From Squalus acanthias (lineage: Eukaryota), in contig CM059431.1 of NCBI GenBank assembly GCA_030390025.1, forward strand, positions 156,552,001 through 156,616,000: a stretch of 64,000 bases of DNA. Reading direction: 5' to 3'. Made by a program: the position numbers and the translations under genes. Under the pieces are notes generated by a model that saw only the letters and a program-made list of their open reading frames with translations, did no database searches and was not told the origin of the DNA. Shown one piece after another: positions 49,201 to 62,874 of the stretch (position 1 is the stretch's first letter; the number at the start of each line of letters is the position of its first letter).

Positions 49201-52164
49201 GGGCTATAAAGAGGTTAGAGTACCAAGGGCTATACAGACTGTCAGAGTACACTGGTCTACACAGCGGGACAGAGTACCCAGGGCTATACAGAATGTCAGT
49301 GTACCCTGGGCTAAACAGAGTGTCAGAGTACCCTGGGCTATACAGAGGATCAGATCACCCTCGGCTATAACAATGTGTCAGAATACCATTGGATACACAG
49401 AGTGTCAGTGTATTCTGCGCTAAAAAGCGTGTCAGATTACCCTGGATTATACAGAGGGTCAGAGCACCTTGGGCTGTACAAAGTGTCAGAGCATCCTGGG
49501 CAATACAGAGTGCCAAAGTACCCTGGGCTACACAGAGTTTCATTGTACCCTGTGCGACACTGAGTGTCAGAGTGGCCTGGGCTACACAGACTGTTAGAGT
49601 CCCCTGGGCTAAACAGAGTGTCAGAGCAGCCTGGGCTATACAGACGGTTAGCGTCAACTGGGCTACACAGAGTGTCAGAGTAACCTGAGCTACACAGAAT
49701 TAAATGGCACCCTGGGCTATAGAGAGTGTCAGTGTACCCTGGGCTATAGAGAACGTCAGAGTATCCTGGGCTATAGAAAGTGTCAGATCATCCTTGGCTA
49801 TACAGAGTGTCAGGGTACCCTTTGCTATGCAGAGGTTCAGCGTACCCTGTGATACACAATGTATCTGAGTATTCTATGCCAAAATGAGTGTCAGATTACC
49901 CTGGGTTATACAGAGGGTCAGAGCATTTTGGGCTATTCAAAGAATCAGATTAACCTGGGCAATACAGAGTGTCAGAGAACCTTGCCTACACAGAGTGTCA
50001 GAGTACCCTGGGTTACAAAGATTGTCAGAATACCCTGGGCTAAACAGAATGCCAGTGTACCCTGGGCTATAGAGAGTGTGAGAGTAACCTGGGCTACACA
50101 GAGTGTCAAAGCACCCTGGGCTATAGAGACTCTCACATTCCCTGGGCTATACAGTGGGTCAGAGTACCATGGGCTACACACAGTGTCGGAGCACCCTTTG
50201 TTATACAGAGTGTCAGAGTACCCTGGGATCCACAGCGTGTCAGAGTATTCTGGGCTAAATAAAATGTAGATAAGCCTGGGATATAGAGAGAGTCAGAGCA
50301 CCTTGAGCTATAAAGAGTGACAGAGCACACTGTGCTTTTCCGAGTGACAGAGTATCCTGGGCTACACTGTGTGTCAGAGTATCCTGGGCTACACTGTGTG
50401 TCAGAGTACGCTGGGCTACACAGAGTGTCAGAGTACGCTGGGCTACACAGAGTGTCAGAGCACACTGGGCGACACTGAGTGTCAGAGCATACTGGGCAAT
50501 ACAGAGTATCAGTGTACCCTGAGCTATACACAGTGTCAGTGTATCCTGGGCTATACAGAGAGTCAGAGTACCCTGCACTGTACAGAGATTCAGATTATCC
50601 TGAGCTACACAGAGTGCCAGGGTATCCTGGGCTACACAGACGGTCAGAGCACCCTGGGCTACACAGAGGATCAGAGATCCCTGAGCAACACAGAGTGCCA
50701 GTGTACCCTGGGCAAAACAGAGTTTCAGAGTATCCTGGGCTATACAGCGGGTCGGAGTTCTCTGGGCTGCAAAGAGTTTCAGAGTACCCTGGGCAACACA
50801 GCGTGTCACAGTATCCTCGTCTATAAAGAGTGTCACAGTACCCTGTGCTACACAGAGTGTCAGAGTACCCTGGGCTACACAGAGGGTCAAAATAGCCTGA
50901 GCTATACAGAGTGTCACAATCACTGGGTACACTGAGTGTCGGAGTAGCCTGGTCTATACAGTGTTTAACCGTATCCTGGGATACACCGAGTGTCAGAATA
51001 CCCTAGGCTATACAGAGTGTCAGAATACCCTGTGCGACGCAGAGTGTCAGAGAATTCTGTGCTACACAGAGTACTAGAGTATTCTGGGATATCCAGAAGG
51101 TCAGAGTACCCTGGGCTACACAGAGTGTCAGAGTATCCTGGGCTACACAGAATTTCAGGTTATCCTGGTTTTGCACAGTGTCAGAGCACCCTGGGCTACA
51201 CAGAGGTTCAGAGCACCCCGTGGAAAACAGAGTGTCAGTGCAACCTGGGCTACACAGCGTGTCAGATTACCTGGGATACACAGAGTGTCAGAGTATCCTT
51301 GGCTATACAGAGTGTCAGTGTACCCTGCGCTATACAAAGAGTCAGATTAAGCTGTCTGTACAGAGTCTCAGCGTACCATGGGCTATACTGAGTATCAGAG
51401 AACCCTGGGCTATAGAGAGCTTCAGATTAATATAGGCTTTACAGAGGTACAGATTACCCTTGGGTCTACAGAGTGTCAGAGCACCCTGGGCTACACAGAG
51501 TGTCAGAACGCCCTGGGCTACACAGAGTTTCAGAGTACACTGGCTATACAGAGTGTCAGATAAATCTGTGCTACACAGAAAGCCAGAGTATCCTGGGCTA
51601 TTCAGACGGTCAGAGCACCCTGGGCTAAACAGTGTGTCAGAGTTCCCTGGGCTACAGAGAGTGTCAGAATAGCCTGGGTTACACAGAGAGTCAGATTACC
51701 CTGGGCTACACTGAGTGTCAGAGTATCCTAGGCTACACAGAATGTCACAGCACCCTGGGCTACACAGTGTGTCAGAGTACACTTATATATACAGGGGCCA
51801 GAGTAACCTGGGCTACATAGAGGTTCAGAGACCCTTGGGCTACACAGATTGTCAGAGAACTCTAGGCAATACAGAGGGTCAGTGTACCCAGGGCTATTGA
51901 GAGTGTCAGAGTATCCTAGGCTACACACAGTGTCAGATTTCCCTCGGCTAAACAGAGTGTCATAGTATTCTTGGCCACAAAGAGCGTCAGAGTACCCTGG
52001 GCTACACAGAGTGTCAGAGTACCCTGGGCTACACAGAGATTCAGAGTACCCACGGCTACATAGAGTGTCAGTGAATCCTTCGCTCAACAGAGTGTCACGG
52101 TACCCTGGGCTAAATAGAGTTTCAGAATAGCCTGGGCTACACAGTGTGTCAGAGAATCCTGGGC

Positions 52165-52273
52165 TTCAGAGAGCTTTGCCGATATTCCAAGTTCTGAACA
52201 CGTCTTTTGACATTTTCTGCGAGCCAATCCGGCACACACGGGAATGCTTCAGAATTAAATTCCCCCAATTCTC
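52165..52273 (-). pseudogene. Continuation of the NLR NACHT exon beyond the CR1 insertion
   Basis: Reads (QLE)RELGEFNSEAFPCVPDWLAENVKRRVQNLEYRQSSLK in frame once the CR1 and one TTTCA copy are removed. It fits the LxxxLGxF..V.DW..E.V segment expected after the NACHT winged helix. Confidence 0.7.
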
Positions 52274-52276
52274 TTT

Positions 52277-54581
52277 CATAAGAACATAAGAACATAAGAA
52301 ATAGGAGCAGGAGTAGGCCAAATGGTCCCTCGAGCCTGCTCCGCCATTCAATAAGATCATGGCTGATCTGATCCTCACCTCAAATCTAAAGAACACAAGA
52401 ACTAGGAGCAGGATCCGGCCACTCAGCCACTGGGCCCGCTCCACCACCCACAGGGTCTTGACCGATCCGAAATCAGCCGCATGTCCAATTTCCTGCCCGC
52501 TCCCCATAACCCCTAATTCCCGTAACTTCTAGGAAACTGTCTAATTCTGTTTTAAATTTATTTAATGATGTAGCTTCCGCAGTTTACTGGGGCAGCAAAT
52601 TCCACAGACCTACTACCCTCTGAATGAAGCAGTTTCTACTCATCCCATTTGAAAGAGCAGCCCCTTATTCTAAGATTATGCCCCCTAGTTCTAGTTTCAC
52701 CCATCCTTGGGAACATCCTTACTGCATTCACCCGATCAAGCCCCTTCACAATCTTATATGTTTCAATAAGATCGCCTCTCATTCTTCTGAACTCCAATGA
52801 GTAGAGTCCCAATCTACTGAACCTTTCCTCATATGTCCACCCCCTCATCCCCGGGATTAACCGAGTGAACCTTCTTTGTACTGCCTCGAGAGCAAGTATG
52901 TCTTTTCTTAAGTATGGACAACAAAACTGTATGCAGTATTCCAGGTACGATCTCACAAATAACTTCTATAACTGCAGCAATACCTCCCTGTTTTTAAAAT
53001 CTATCCCCCTAGCAATATTAGCCAACATTCCGTTGGCCTTCTTGATCACCTGCTGCACCTGCATAGTAACTTTTTGATTTTCGTGCACTAGGACCCCCAG
53101 ATCCCTTTGTACTGCAGTACTTTCCAGTTTCTCGCCATTAAGATAATAAAATGCTCTCTGATTTTTACTGCCAAAGTGCATAAACCTCAAATTTTCCAAT
53201 ATTGTATTGCATCTGCCAAATCTCCGCACACGCACACAGACTGTCTATATCCCCTTGAAGATTTTTTATGTCCTCTTCACTTTCTACTTTCCGTCTCATC
53301 TTTGTATCATCTGCAAACTTTGATCTGTTACACTTGGTCCCCTCCTCCAAATCGTTAATATAGATTGTAAAGAGTTGGGGACCAAGCACCGACACCTGCG
53401 GGACACCACTGGCTACTGGTTGCCAGTCCGAGAATGAACCATGTATCCCAACTCTCTGCTTCCTTTTAGATAACTAATCCTCAAACCATGCCAGAATATT
53501 ACCCCCAATCCAGTGATTTTTTATCTTGAGCAATAATCTTTTATGTGGCACCTTGTCGAATGCATCTGGAAGTCTAAATACACTACGTCCATTGGTACCC
53601 CTTTATCGACCCTGTACGTTATGTCCTCAAAAACTGAAGCACATTTGTCAGACATGACTTCCCCTTCATAAAGCCATGCTGACATTGTCCTATTAAATAA
53701 TGTTTATCTAAATGTTCAGTTACTGTCTCCTTAATAATAGACTCCAAAATTTTACCCAGTACAGATGTTTGGCTGTCTGGTCTATAATTTCCAGCCTTCT
53801 GCCTACTACCCTTTTTAAATAAGCGTATTACAATAGCAGTTTTCCAAACTGCCGAGCGCTTTGCTGAGTCCAGGGAATTTTGGAAAATTATCACCAAAGC
53901 ATCCACAATCCCTACTGCCCCTTCCCTCAAGACCCTAGGATGTAAGCTATGAGTTCCAGGGGATTTATCCGCCTTGAGTCCAATTATTTTACTGAGTACC
54001 AATTCCTTAGTGATTTTAATCGTATTTAGCTCCTCCCCACCTAGAGCCTCCTGTTTGTCCAGTGTTGGGATAGTCTTAGTGCCCTCTACCGTAAAGATTG
54101 AAACAAAATATTTGTTCAGCATTTTCGCCATCTGCATGTTTCCCACCATTAATTTCCCGGTCTCATCCTCTAAGGGACCTACGTTTGCCTTAACCACCCT
54201 TGTTCTTTTTTATATAACTATAGAAACACTTGCTATCTGTTTTTTTTTTTGCTAATTTATTTTCATAATCTATCTTCCCTTTCTTAATCAATCCTTTAGT
54301 TACTTTTTGCTGTCTTTTGAAGACTTCCCAATCTTCAATCCTCCCACTAAGTTTGGCTACCTTATATGTCCTTGTTTTTAGTCGGATACTTTCCTTAATT
54401 TCTTTATTTAGCCACGGATGGCTGTCATTTCTTTTACACCCTTTTTTCCTCAGTGGAATATATATTATTTGAAATTTGTAAAATAACACCTTAAATGAAC
54501 ACCACTGCACATGTACCATCTTACCCTTTAATCTATTTTCCCAGTCCACTTTAATCAATTCCGCTCTCATCCCATCATAGT
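52277..54581 (-). mobile_element. 5'-truncated CR1 (subfamily of 42205-44772) inserted into the NACHT exon
   Basis: Minus-strand ORFs 54190, 53619, 53165, 52966 and 52636; reversed (TTCTTATG)n tail; TTTCA at both junctions (52274-52278 and 54581-54585). Confidence 0.92.
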
Positions 54582-55919
54582 TTCAAGCTGATCAGTTGAA
54601 TTCCTTGAGGGGAGACCGAAAGAAAACGTCCAAGTAATTTGAATGTCTCGTCAATGCACGTCTACCCTTCATTGAGCAATACTGGCAGTCCCCATCCTGG
54701 TGTACTTAGACTTTTCATAAGTGCAGCGACAAAATCCTGCTGAACGGAGTGAATGAACGTGTAGTCAACACTACACAGATCTTTGCCTCGAATCTTCATT
54801 ATAAACGCAGAGATAACATTGTAAAGTTCGAGTCTGTGGCGAATGATTTGCTTTTCATTTAACCCAACGGTTTTGTTGCAAAAACTCCCTTGTAGGCTAA
54901 CTCGCCCAGTTTCAGCAACATGTCGCGAGAGGTTTCTCTCTAAAAGGTGTGTGACGTACGCGAAGAACACCTGTGTGCTGGTTGTGATGGACAATGGTCT
55001 CTCCCGCGCTCCTTGTGTCCTGTGTGATTCTAATAATGAAGCGAGGACCGAGCAGTACAGAGGATTATAGCACATGGTGTACAATGTCTCATTCTGCTCA
55101 ATGTACTCGATTACATCTGTCAGAAACAGCTCATCTCCAAAATAATGGCGAAAATATTGTGTTATTTTCTCAGAGGTGAAACACATGATTCGAGCGATTG
55201 ATTTATGTTTGCTTTTCCCACAGACTCCATTTTCCAGGGGCGGCTTGTGATCAGTACTGAGCAGCTCCCCCTTTAGGACGCAGCGCACCATGTGTGACAC
55301 ATCACAGTAGCACTCGGGATCGAAAGACTTGTTCTGGGGGTCGGTGTTTCTCTGATTATCTGTGAAATAGATGGTTTGCCGGAATTCGTCCGAATCATCA
55401 AATATAAACAATTTATTTCCGGGTTGTTTCCACACAAGTTCCAACTCATTTTCGAAATCGGGGTAGGAATCCAGGATCAGGCTATTTAGACAAGTTTTTC
55501 CTTTAATTACACTTAAGTTTCGAACCTTAAAATGAAAGACAACTTTAAACTATTTCTATATTTTCTCTGCGGCCCTGTTACTGATTATCTTCTGTATCAA
55601 GGTACATGTCCCAGTCACTGCGGCCCCAATTACTGCACTTGTCCTCGACCTGCCTGTTTTAGCGAAACTCTCAATTGAACCAGCTGAATCTCATCCAGCT
55701 CATTCTCGATGTTTTTCCTCTGTAATTCTTCACGCTCTCTACCTCGGGCATTCAGTTCATTTTCTACCAGCCTCCGTTCACGCAGGGAAGCAACAATCGT
55801 TACTTTAGTATATTTTTCATTCAGAAAAAATCTTCGAGATCTTTCTTTTTCTGCAGCATATTTGACTGTTATTTTCTCGTACTGTTTGCGGAGAGTGTCG
55901 TTGTGCTGTAGTTCAATCT
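54582..55919 (-). pseudogene. NLR (NACHT-domain, NLRP3/NLRC3-like fish-type) pseudogene, large central exon
   Basis: Pre-NACHT segment ELQHNDTLRKQ..KYTKVTIV..RRLVENELNARGRE; decayed Walker A (VIGAAVTGTCT); FKVVFHFKVRNL; Walker B LFIFDDSDE; ETLYTMCYNPLYC; YTFIHSVQQDFVAAL. Contains stops and frameshifts. Confidence 0.88.
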
Positions 55920-57074
55920 CTTGAATATCAACAACGTCATTGGTGTAGTCATTGTAAATCAGGAGACAAATATTTAACAGATCAGTTCTATGAAGGAGAA
56001 ACTAATCGTCAAGAAATAAAATGTCTAAAAATGTTCTGAACAATGAGTCAGCCTGCAGTTATGTTACACTTTATTGCTCAGACATCCATAGAAAGAACAC
56101 AATAGCCGTAAACATCATACATTTCTGAAGTACAAGGAAAGAAACTTGAGGATTGTGGGCCGTTTGCTTTTCGATCTTGAGCTTCTGCTAATGAAGATTT
56201 CCAAATTACGACAATAAATACAGAAGTCGATCTTCGTAAATTGCTGGTATTTTTTGTTCACAGGTCAATATGGGCTTTGAATGACCCCTGCTTTCGTCTT
56301 GTAACAAACAATGTTGTTATGTGACGAGTCTGGCCAGCAATTAACCATCTTCATTTTATTCTAACCCCGGGGATTCCATTTGTTTTATTCTGATGCTCAA
56401 TGCTTTAACCGTCAGAAACATTTTAGTGGTCAGCAGAGATCGCAGGAGACTCTGGGGTCGGAGCAATGGGGAGAGTCCCAGAGACCCAGGGTTTGAGAGA
56501 CGAAGGAAATCCATTATTTTACTGTATGTTATCTCTTTGAATTTGATATTCTTATGATCAATCTTTATGATGTATTCTACATGGAGGCGAATTCGGTTTT
56601 AATGGTACAAGTTTGCATTATTACCTAGTTTTGTCCAAAAAATGCTATTCCCTTCATAATTTACAAATATATGTTATATATATATATATATATATATCTG
56701 CACATACATCAACACATACATAAAACATTATATATGTATATAAGTAAAAAGCACAGAAATACACATATTTTTAATCAAAATTTAAAAATGCCATATTTGG
56801 GACTGAAGTGGAGAGTTCTTACACACACGAATACCAGTAATGTGCATATTGAAAACTCTGCTGCAAATAGTTAAACACATCAGAAGCCCAGAACACGACA
56901 CAAACTGCACCAACTTCAAGCCGCTCGATACTCAGTTCTATTGGTCAATGGAAGGCAACATGGACCGAGCGCACAACGGGCGGCAGATGTGACACGGCCC
57001 GTTTTACTTCCCGCCAAATTCGATTTTCACCCATATTGTGTTAATCTAACTAATTCCATAATACATCCCGCTCA

Positions 57075-57158
57075 GTCACCCAACTTCTCAAGGGCAATTT
57101 GGGATGGGCAATAAATGCTGGCCTTGACAGCGACTACCACCTCCCTTTGAAAGAATAA
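57075..57158 (+). mobile_element. Short 3' tail of the non-LTR family seen at 8.4-9.3 kb
   Basis: CTTCTCAAGGGCAATTTGGGATGGGCAATAAATGCTGGCCTTG. Confidence 0.7.
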
Positions 57159-57381
57159 ATATATATATGTATATATATATATATTTATATTTATGCGTAT
57201 GTCCATAAAATTAACCTATAACTCTTCCAGACGATGATCTGAGACTCCAGATTACATTCAATGCCTTGGAATCAGCAGATGCTGTTGAAAAATTAACATT
57301 AGCTTTGACATGCATATGTTTGCCTAAAGAGCTATTTTATAATGTATAGAGATTCAAAGAATGAATCAGTAAATGAAGTTC

Positions 57382-57510
<129 letters not shown>

Positions 57511-57924
57511 CTCCTTCTTTCTTTCTTTGTTCCTTTCTTTCTGGCTTTCTTTTTTCTGTCTTTCTTTCTGTCTTTCTTCCTTACTGTCTTTCTTCCTTTA
57601 ATCTTTCTTTATTTTTTTCTTTCTTTAATCTTTCTTTCTTTCTCACAAAGAAAACTAAATTTGGATAAGGTCACCAAATTTTGAAATCTTTTGTAGTCAA
57701 TGTTACTCACAATAAACGTTATGGATATCAATACCCCGGGTACAAGAAAACAACATTTGGGTAATAGTTATTGATATCATTAGTTAAAAATCAAGCAATC
57801 ACCAATAATGTAATGTTAGCCTTTAAAAAATCCACATTTGAGTGTACCTGAGAACAGAACTCAAACGAATGGGATGGAAAAGGCGTGAGGGATAGTTTTA
57901 TTAAAGAAACACAATTTCCCAGCA

Positions 57925-58150
57925 ATAGCAAAAACTTGCATGTTTTATGGCGCCTTCAGCTTGAAGAAGTAAATAATCCAAGGCGCCTGCAGTGCATTTT
58001 AATGAGGCAGGAGCACACACACATCCGGACCATTGAAAAATATAATAACAGTGTCGTCAAAAAAGTAGGTTTCAAGCAGACGCTTAAGGGTTGTTAGCGG
58101 TTGCAGGAGTGGAGGCGTTTCGTGAGGGAATTCCAGGGTGTCGGGCATCC
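57925..58150 (-). mobile_element. Degenerate L2-like 3' end
   Basis: AACTTGCATGTTTTATGGCGCCTT..CCAAGGCGC resembles the reverse complement of the L2 tail at ~11550. Confidence 0.45.
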
Positions 58151-59224
58151 ACCTCTTGCTCCACCTGAAATGCGCCTGCTTTTTACAATAGGTGCGGATT
58201 ATAATGCGAAACATCACAATTTCACTGCGACAGCTGCTCGCTTCTGTCACCAGGTGACGCTGCTTAGCTGAAGCTGCACATTCCCAATTTTAATAAATTA
58301 ACCTCAGTGTCATTTGAAGTCAGTTTAGTCTTTTAAACGTATAGTTAGAAACATCTTGTGGCGTTAGATATTTCAACTTAACTGTCCATCGGTATTCTGT
58401 GATTAATTCGGCCAGTATATTTAAATCCGTGCATTACCGGCATTTTGGTAATCCTTGTTCGAATATTAAGTACTTCCATTAAAATATCCGTCATACAAAT
58501 ATACGAATTGAAACACAATCATAACAAATAACGCCAATCCTATCAACAGTGGATTCAGCTTTACCATAATTTAATTGGATTCGAATAAGTGAGGAACTGG
58601 GATACTTTGATTCCGCATCGCTGGAGTCTGTAAACGATGCATCGCGTATAAACTCTCGTAAATAAAAAAAATAATGTTGCAGATAAAAATCAGATTTCAA
58701 GCACTTTGTCGTGTCTGGTACTTAATGAAATTTCTCATTATTTATTAGTGCTAGATACAGAATACAGAAAGTAGCATCCCTGAAAATGAGGGACAGCATT
58801 AGGGCTTTACCCATGGCGAGATTATGAGACGCTCTGTTCACTCTCCGTCAAATATACAGTTGTTCTATAATAAGCCACGCTCTTCATCGTTCCGTTCGTC
58901 ATTGCAGCACAGTCGCAGCTTATCAACACCATCTTCATTCACAATTCGCTCTCCATCGTTTCCCGTATCATAACCTACTTCCTCCAGGTTTCTGCACACA
59001 TCAATTTATTATCATTCTGCAAACCATGCTTCATTCCCTCATTATAATTTGCACTGCTATTGCTTTTCACGCCTTTCTCCACTTAAGCACCGAATCGTCA
59101 TCTTGACTTTCATCGCTTTACTGGGACCGTGCTGTGATTTGCCAGAACTTAATAAAAGTGATTTTTTACATTTATTGGCAGGGATGGTGCGCTGAAATTT
59201 TACGGGGGAGGCCGATCCAATAGC

Positions 59225-60738
59225 ATTGCTGATCATCTTCCAACATTCGATGGAATCTGGAATTGTACCCATGGATTGGAGGGTAGCTAATGTTAACCCA
59301 CTATTCAAAAAGGGTGGTACAGAGAAAGCGGGGAACTACAGACCGATAAGCCTGACATCGGTGTTGGGGAAAATGCTGGAGTCCATTATAAAGGATGTAA
59401 TAGCTGAGCACTTGAAAAACAGTGACAGTATCGGACAAAGTCAACATGGATTTACAAAAGGTAAATCGTGCTTGACTAATCTACTGGAATTTTTTGAGGA
59501 TGTAACTCGGAAAATAGCCATGGGAGAACCAGTAGATGTGGTGTATTTGGACTTTCAAAAGGCTTTGATAAGGTCCCGCATAAGAGATTAGCGTGTAAAG
59601 TTAAGGCACATGGGATTGGGGGAAAGGTATTGACTTGGATACAGAACTGGTTCGTGGACAGAAAGCAGTGAGTAGGAATTAATGGGTCTTTTTCAGAGTG
59701 GCAAGCAGTGACTAGTGGGGTACCGCAGGGATCGGTCCTTGGACCCCAGCTATTCACAATATACATTAATGATCTAGATAAGGGAACTAAATGTAATATC
59801 TCGAAGTTTGCAGATGACACAAAGCTGGGTGGGAGTGTGTGCTGCGAGGAGGATACCGAGAAACTCCAGGATGATTTGGGCAGGTTGGGTGAGTGGGCAG
59901 AAGCGTGGCAGATGCAATATAACGTGGATAAATGCGAGGTTATCAACTTTGGTGTCAAAAACAGAAAGGCACATTATTATCTGAATTGCAATAGATTGGG
60001 AGAAGGGGAAGAGCAACGAGACCTGGGTGTCCTTGTGCACCAGTCGCTGAAGGTAAGCTTGCAGGTGCAGCAGGCGGTGAAGAAGTCAAATGGTATTTTG
60101 GCCTTCTTAGCGAAAGGGTTTGAGTATAGGTAAAGGGATGTCCTGCTGCAGTTTTACAGGGCCTTGGTGAGACCACGCCTTTACTACTGTGTGCAGTTTT
60201 GGTCGCCTTATCTCAGGAAGGATGTTCTTGCCATGGAAGGAGTTCAGCGAAGATTCACAAGGCTGATACCTGGGATGGCAGGAATGCGATATGAGGAGAG
60301 ATTGGGTCGATTAGGCTTATACTCGCTGGAGTATAGAAGAATGAGAGGGGATTTCATTGAAAAATATAAAATTTTGACGGGTCTGCACAAACTAGATGCA
60401 GGAAGAATGTTCCCGATGATCGGAGATTCCAGAACCAGTGGTCACAATCTAAGGATAAGGGGTAAGCCATTTAGGACAGAAATGAGGAAGAATTTCTTCA
60501 CCCAGAGCGTGGTGAACCTGTGGAATTCTCTACCACAGAATGTAGTTGAAGCCAAGTCATTAAATATATTCAAGAATGAGTTAGATATATTTCTTAAATC
60601 TAAAGGTATCAACGGATATGGGGAGAAGGCAGGTACAGGGTACTGCGTTTGGATGATCAGCCATGATCTCATCGAATGGCGGAGCAGGCTCGAGGAGCCG
60701 AATGGCCTACTCCTGCTCCTAGCTTCTTAGTTTCTATG
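59225..60738 (+). mobile_element. 5'-truncated CR1 (subfamily of 1-3208)
   Basis: ORFs 59226, 59708 and 60164, plus 3' stem-loop and tail. Confidence 0.93.
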
Positions 60739-60834
60739 TAGCCACGTGCTCATTTTCCTGGTCTGTTTGTCCCGTTGCTGTTTAGCACGTGGCTCCGTTA
60801 ATAACACTAAAATTAATACCCATCATATTTGTTT

Positions 60835-61140
60835 TACTCGTTTATGTGATGCGGGCGTCGCTGGTAAGGTCAGCATTTATCCCCCATCCCTAATTGACCT
60901 TGAGAAGGTGGTGATGAGCTGCCTTCTTGATCCGCTCCAGTACGTGTGGTGAAGGTACTCCCACAGTGCTGTGAGTTAGGGATTTCCACGATTTTGACCC
61001 AGCGACGATGAAGAATCAGCGATATACATCGAAGACAGAATGGTATGTGACTTGGAGGGGAACTTGGAGGTGATGGTGTTCCCATCTGCCTGCTGCACTT
61101 GTCCTTCTAGGTGGAAGAGATCGCGAGTTTGGAAGGTGCG
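60835..61140 (-). mobile_element. 3' fragment of the non-LTR family seen at 8432-8962
   Basis: Closely parallels 8440-8730 (GGGCGTCGCTGG..CAGCATTTAT..CCCATCCCTAATT..CTTGAGAAGGTGG). Confidence 0.8.
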
Positions 61141-62050
61141 TTTTAATTTAGCTCCGAAGTCCTGATACTTCCTGTGCAGGAATTTGTACACTTTCTATGT
61201 CATTGGTGACGTCATAGACCGCAACAACTGGATCTTGCCCTTACTTTCCAAATTCCTTTCCAGACACATGGACCGATCACTTACCATGGCATCATGTACA
61301 CAACACATTCTTCGGGACTCTAGATCGAGGCTACAGAGGATACAATCTATCCCCCTAATTTTGACTCCCTTATAACAACTAAGTTTCGAATCTGCTCCAC
61401 CGATCTGCCTAGATCAGCATTGTGGCTGTACTCCCAGCAGACTTTCTCCTTATCCTGACAGGTATCAAGTGCATCGTACACGTTGCATTGGACCAGTGTC
61501 GGGGGGGCCGTCCTCCTCCATCGCCTCTTAGTTCCCCCTACCCTGCTGGAAGTCACACTCACCCCTTCCTACACCTGTGCTTTCATCTGAGATGTGATTA
61601 TGTACGGTCACTGCCACTTGTAGTTTTCATCACAAAATAATGTAGTACGTAAGCAGGCCATTCGTCCCATCGTGTTTGTGCCAGCTATTTGTTAGAGATT
61701 TCCATTTATCCCATTCCACGTCTCTATCAGCATAGCCCTGTATTATTTCCCTAAAGTTATTTATCCAATTCCTTTGAGAAGGTCACAATGTAATCTTCTT
61801 CCAACTCACTTTCAGACAGTGCATTCAAGATCGCAATAAATCACTGCATAAAAACACATTTCCTCATGCAGCCTCTACTTTTTGCCTATGATCTGAAACT
61901 GTTTCTTCTGCTCATCAACCACTCTGTCACTGCAATTACTTTCACCTTATTTATACTATCAAAACAGTTCATTATTTTGAACACTTCTGTCAAATTCCCT
62001 TGGAACATTCTCTGGTCGAAGGGGATAAACCTTAGCTTCTACAATACATT
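61141..62050 (-). mobile_element. Old minus-strand CR1 remnants (ORF1 esterase piece ~61141-61560; 3' end ~61640-62050)
   Basis: NVYDALDT..VVIRES..RRMCC parallels CR1 ORF1 (NRYAALDT..IVIGDS..SRMVCC); reversed tail GCAGGCCATTCGTCCCATCG. Confidence 0.55.
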
Positions 62051-62069
62051 ATTGTGAATCTGACAGACG

Positions 62070-62870
62070 TTGATGGTGATTCACAGACAATCTGGAATTC
62101 TGCTAGGTGTGCATGTGGCTCCACAGTTGATCGGTATTCTTCCAGGTACTGCTGGGGTTTCACAGTGTGTTAGGATTCTACCAGGTGACTATGTGGATTC
62201 AGAGTGTATCAGCATCCGTCCAGGTGTGTATGGGTTTTCACAGCATATCAGGACCCTTATATGTGTGTATGGGTTTTCAGATAATCATGATCCTGCCAGG
62301 TGTGTCTGGGGTTTCACAGTGTATCAGGATCCTGCCAGGTGTGTACCAGGTTTCACAGTGTATTCGGTTCCTGCCAGGTGTGTATTGGGTTTCCCAGTTT
62401 ATCGGTATCCTGCCAGGTGTGCAAGGGTTTCATAGTGTATCGGGATCCTGACAGGTGTGTGTGGGTTTTCTCATTGCATCAGGATCCTTCCAGGTGTGTA
62501 TGGGATTTCACAGTGTATCGGGATCCTGCCAGGTGTGCAAGGGTTTCACAGTGTATCAGGATCTTACCAGGTGTGAAGGTGGTTTCAAAGTTTTTCAGGA
62601 TCCTGCCATGTGTGTATGGGATTTCACAGTGCATCAGGATCCTGTCTGGTGTGCAAAGGCTTCGCAGTGTATCAGGATCCTGCCAGGTGTGTATGGTGTT
62701 CAACTGTGTATCAGGATCCCGTCAGGTGTGTATGGGATTTCATAAGATAACTGATACCTGCAAGAAATGTATGGGGTTTTAGTGTATATTAGGATTCTGA
62801 CAGTTGTGTATGAAGATTCGGATTCTATCGAACCCTGCCAGGTTTGTATGGGGTCTCACTGTTTATCAGA
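62070..62870. repeat. ~39-bp minisatellite (CACAGTGTATCAGGATCCTGCCAGGTGTGTATGGGGTTT)
   Basis: Tandem units are visible and give the 13-aa periodic ORF VSQCIRILPGVYG. Confidence 0.92.
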
Positions 62871-62874
62871 ACCC

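Larger units (their letters stand above)
21290..52165. repeat. ~31 kb degenerate tandem array of a 27-bp unit (consensus GTCAGAGTACCCTGGGCTACACAGAGT), interrupted by retroelements
   Basis: Period measured directly (GTCAG at 51986 and 52013). It explains the 9-aa periodic ORFs LGYTECQST / WATQSVRVP / PGLHRVSEY. Confidence 0.97.

Noticed and set aside
21290..52165. CRISPR-like array or repeat-protein genes from the many periodic ORFs
   Set aside because: Units are contiguous with no unique spacers and no cas genes, in a vertebrate context. The ORFs arise in all frames from a 27-bp unit and are broken at random.
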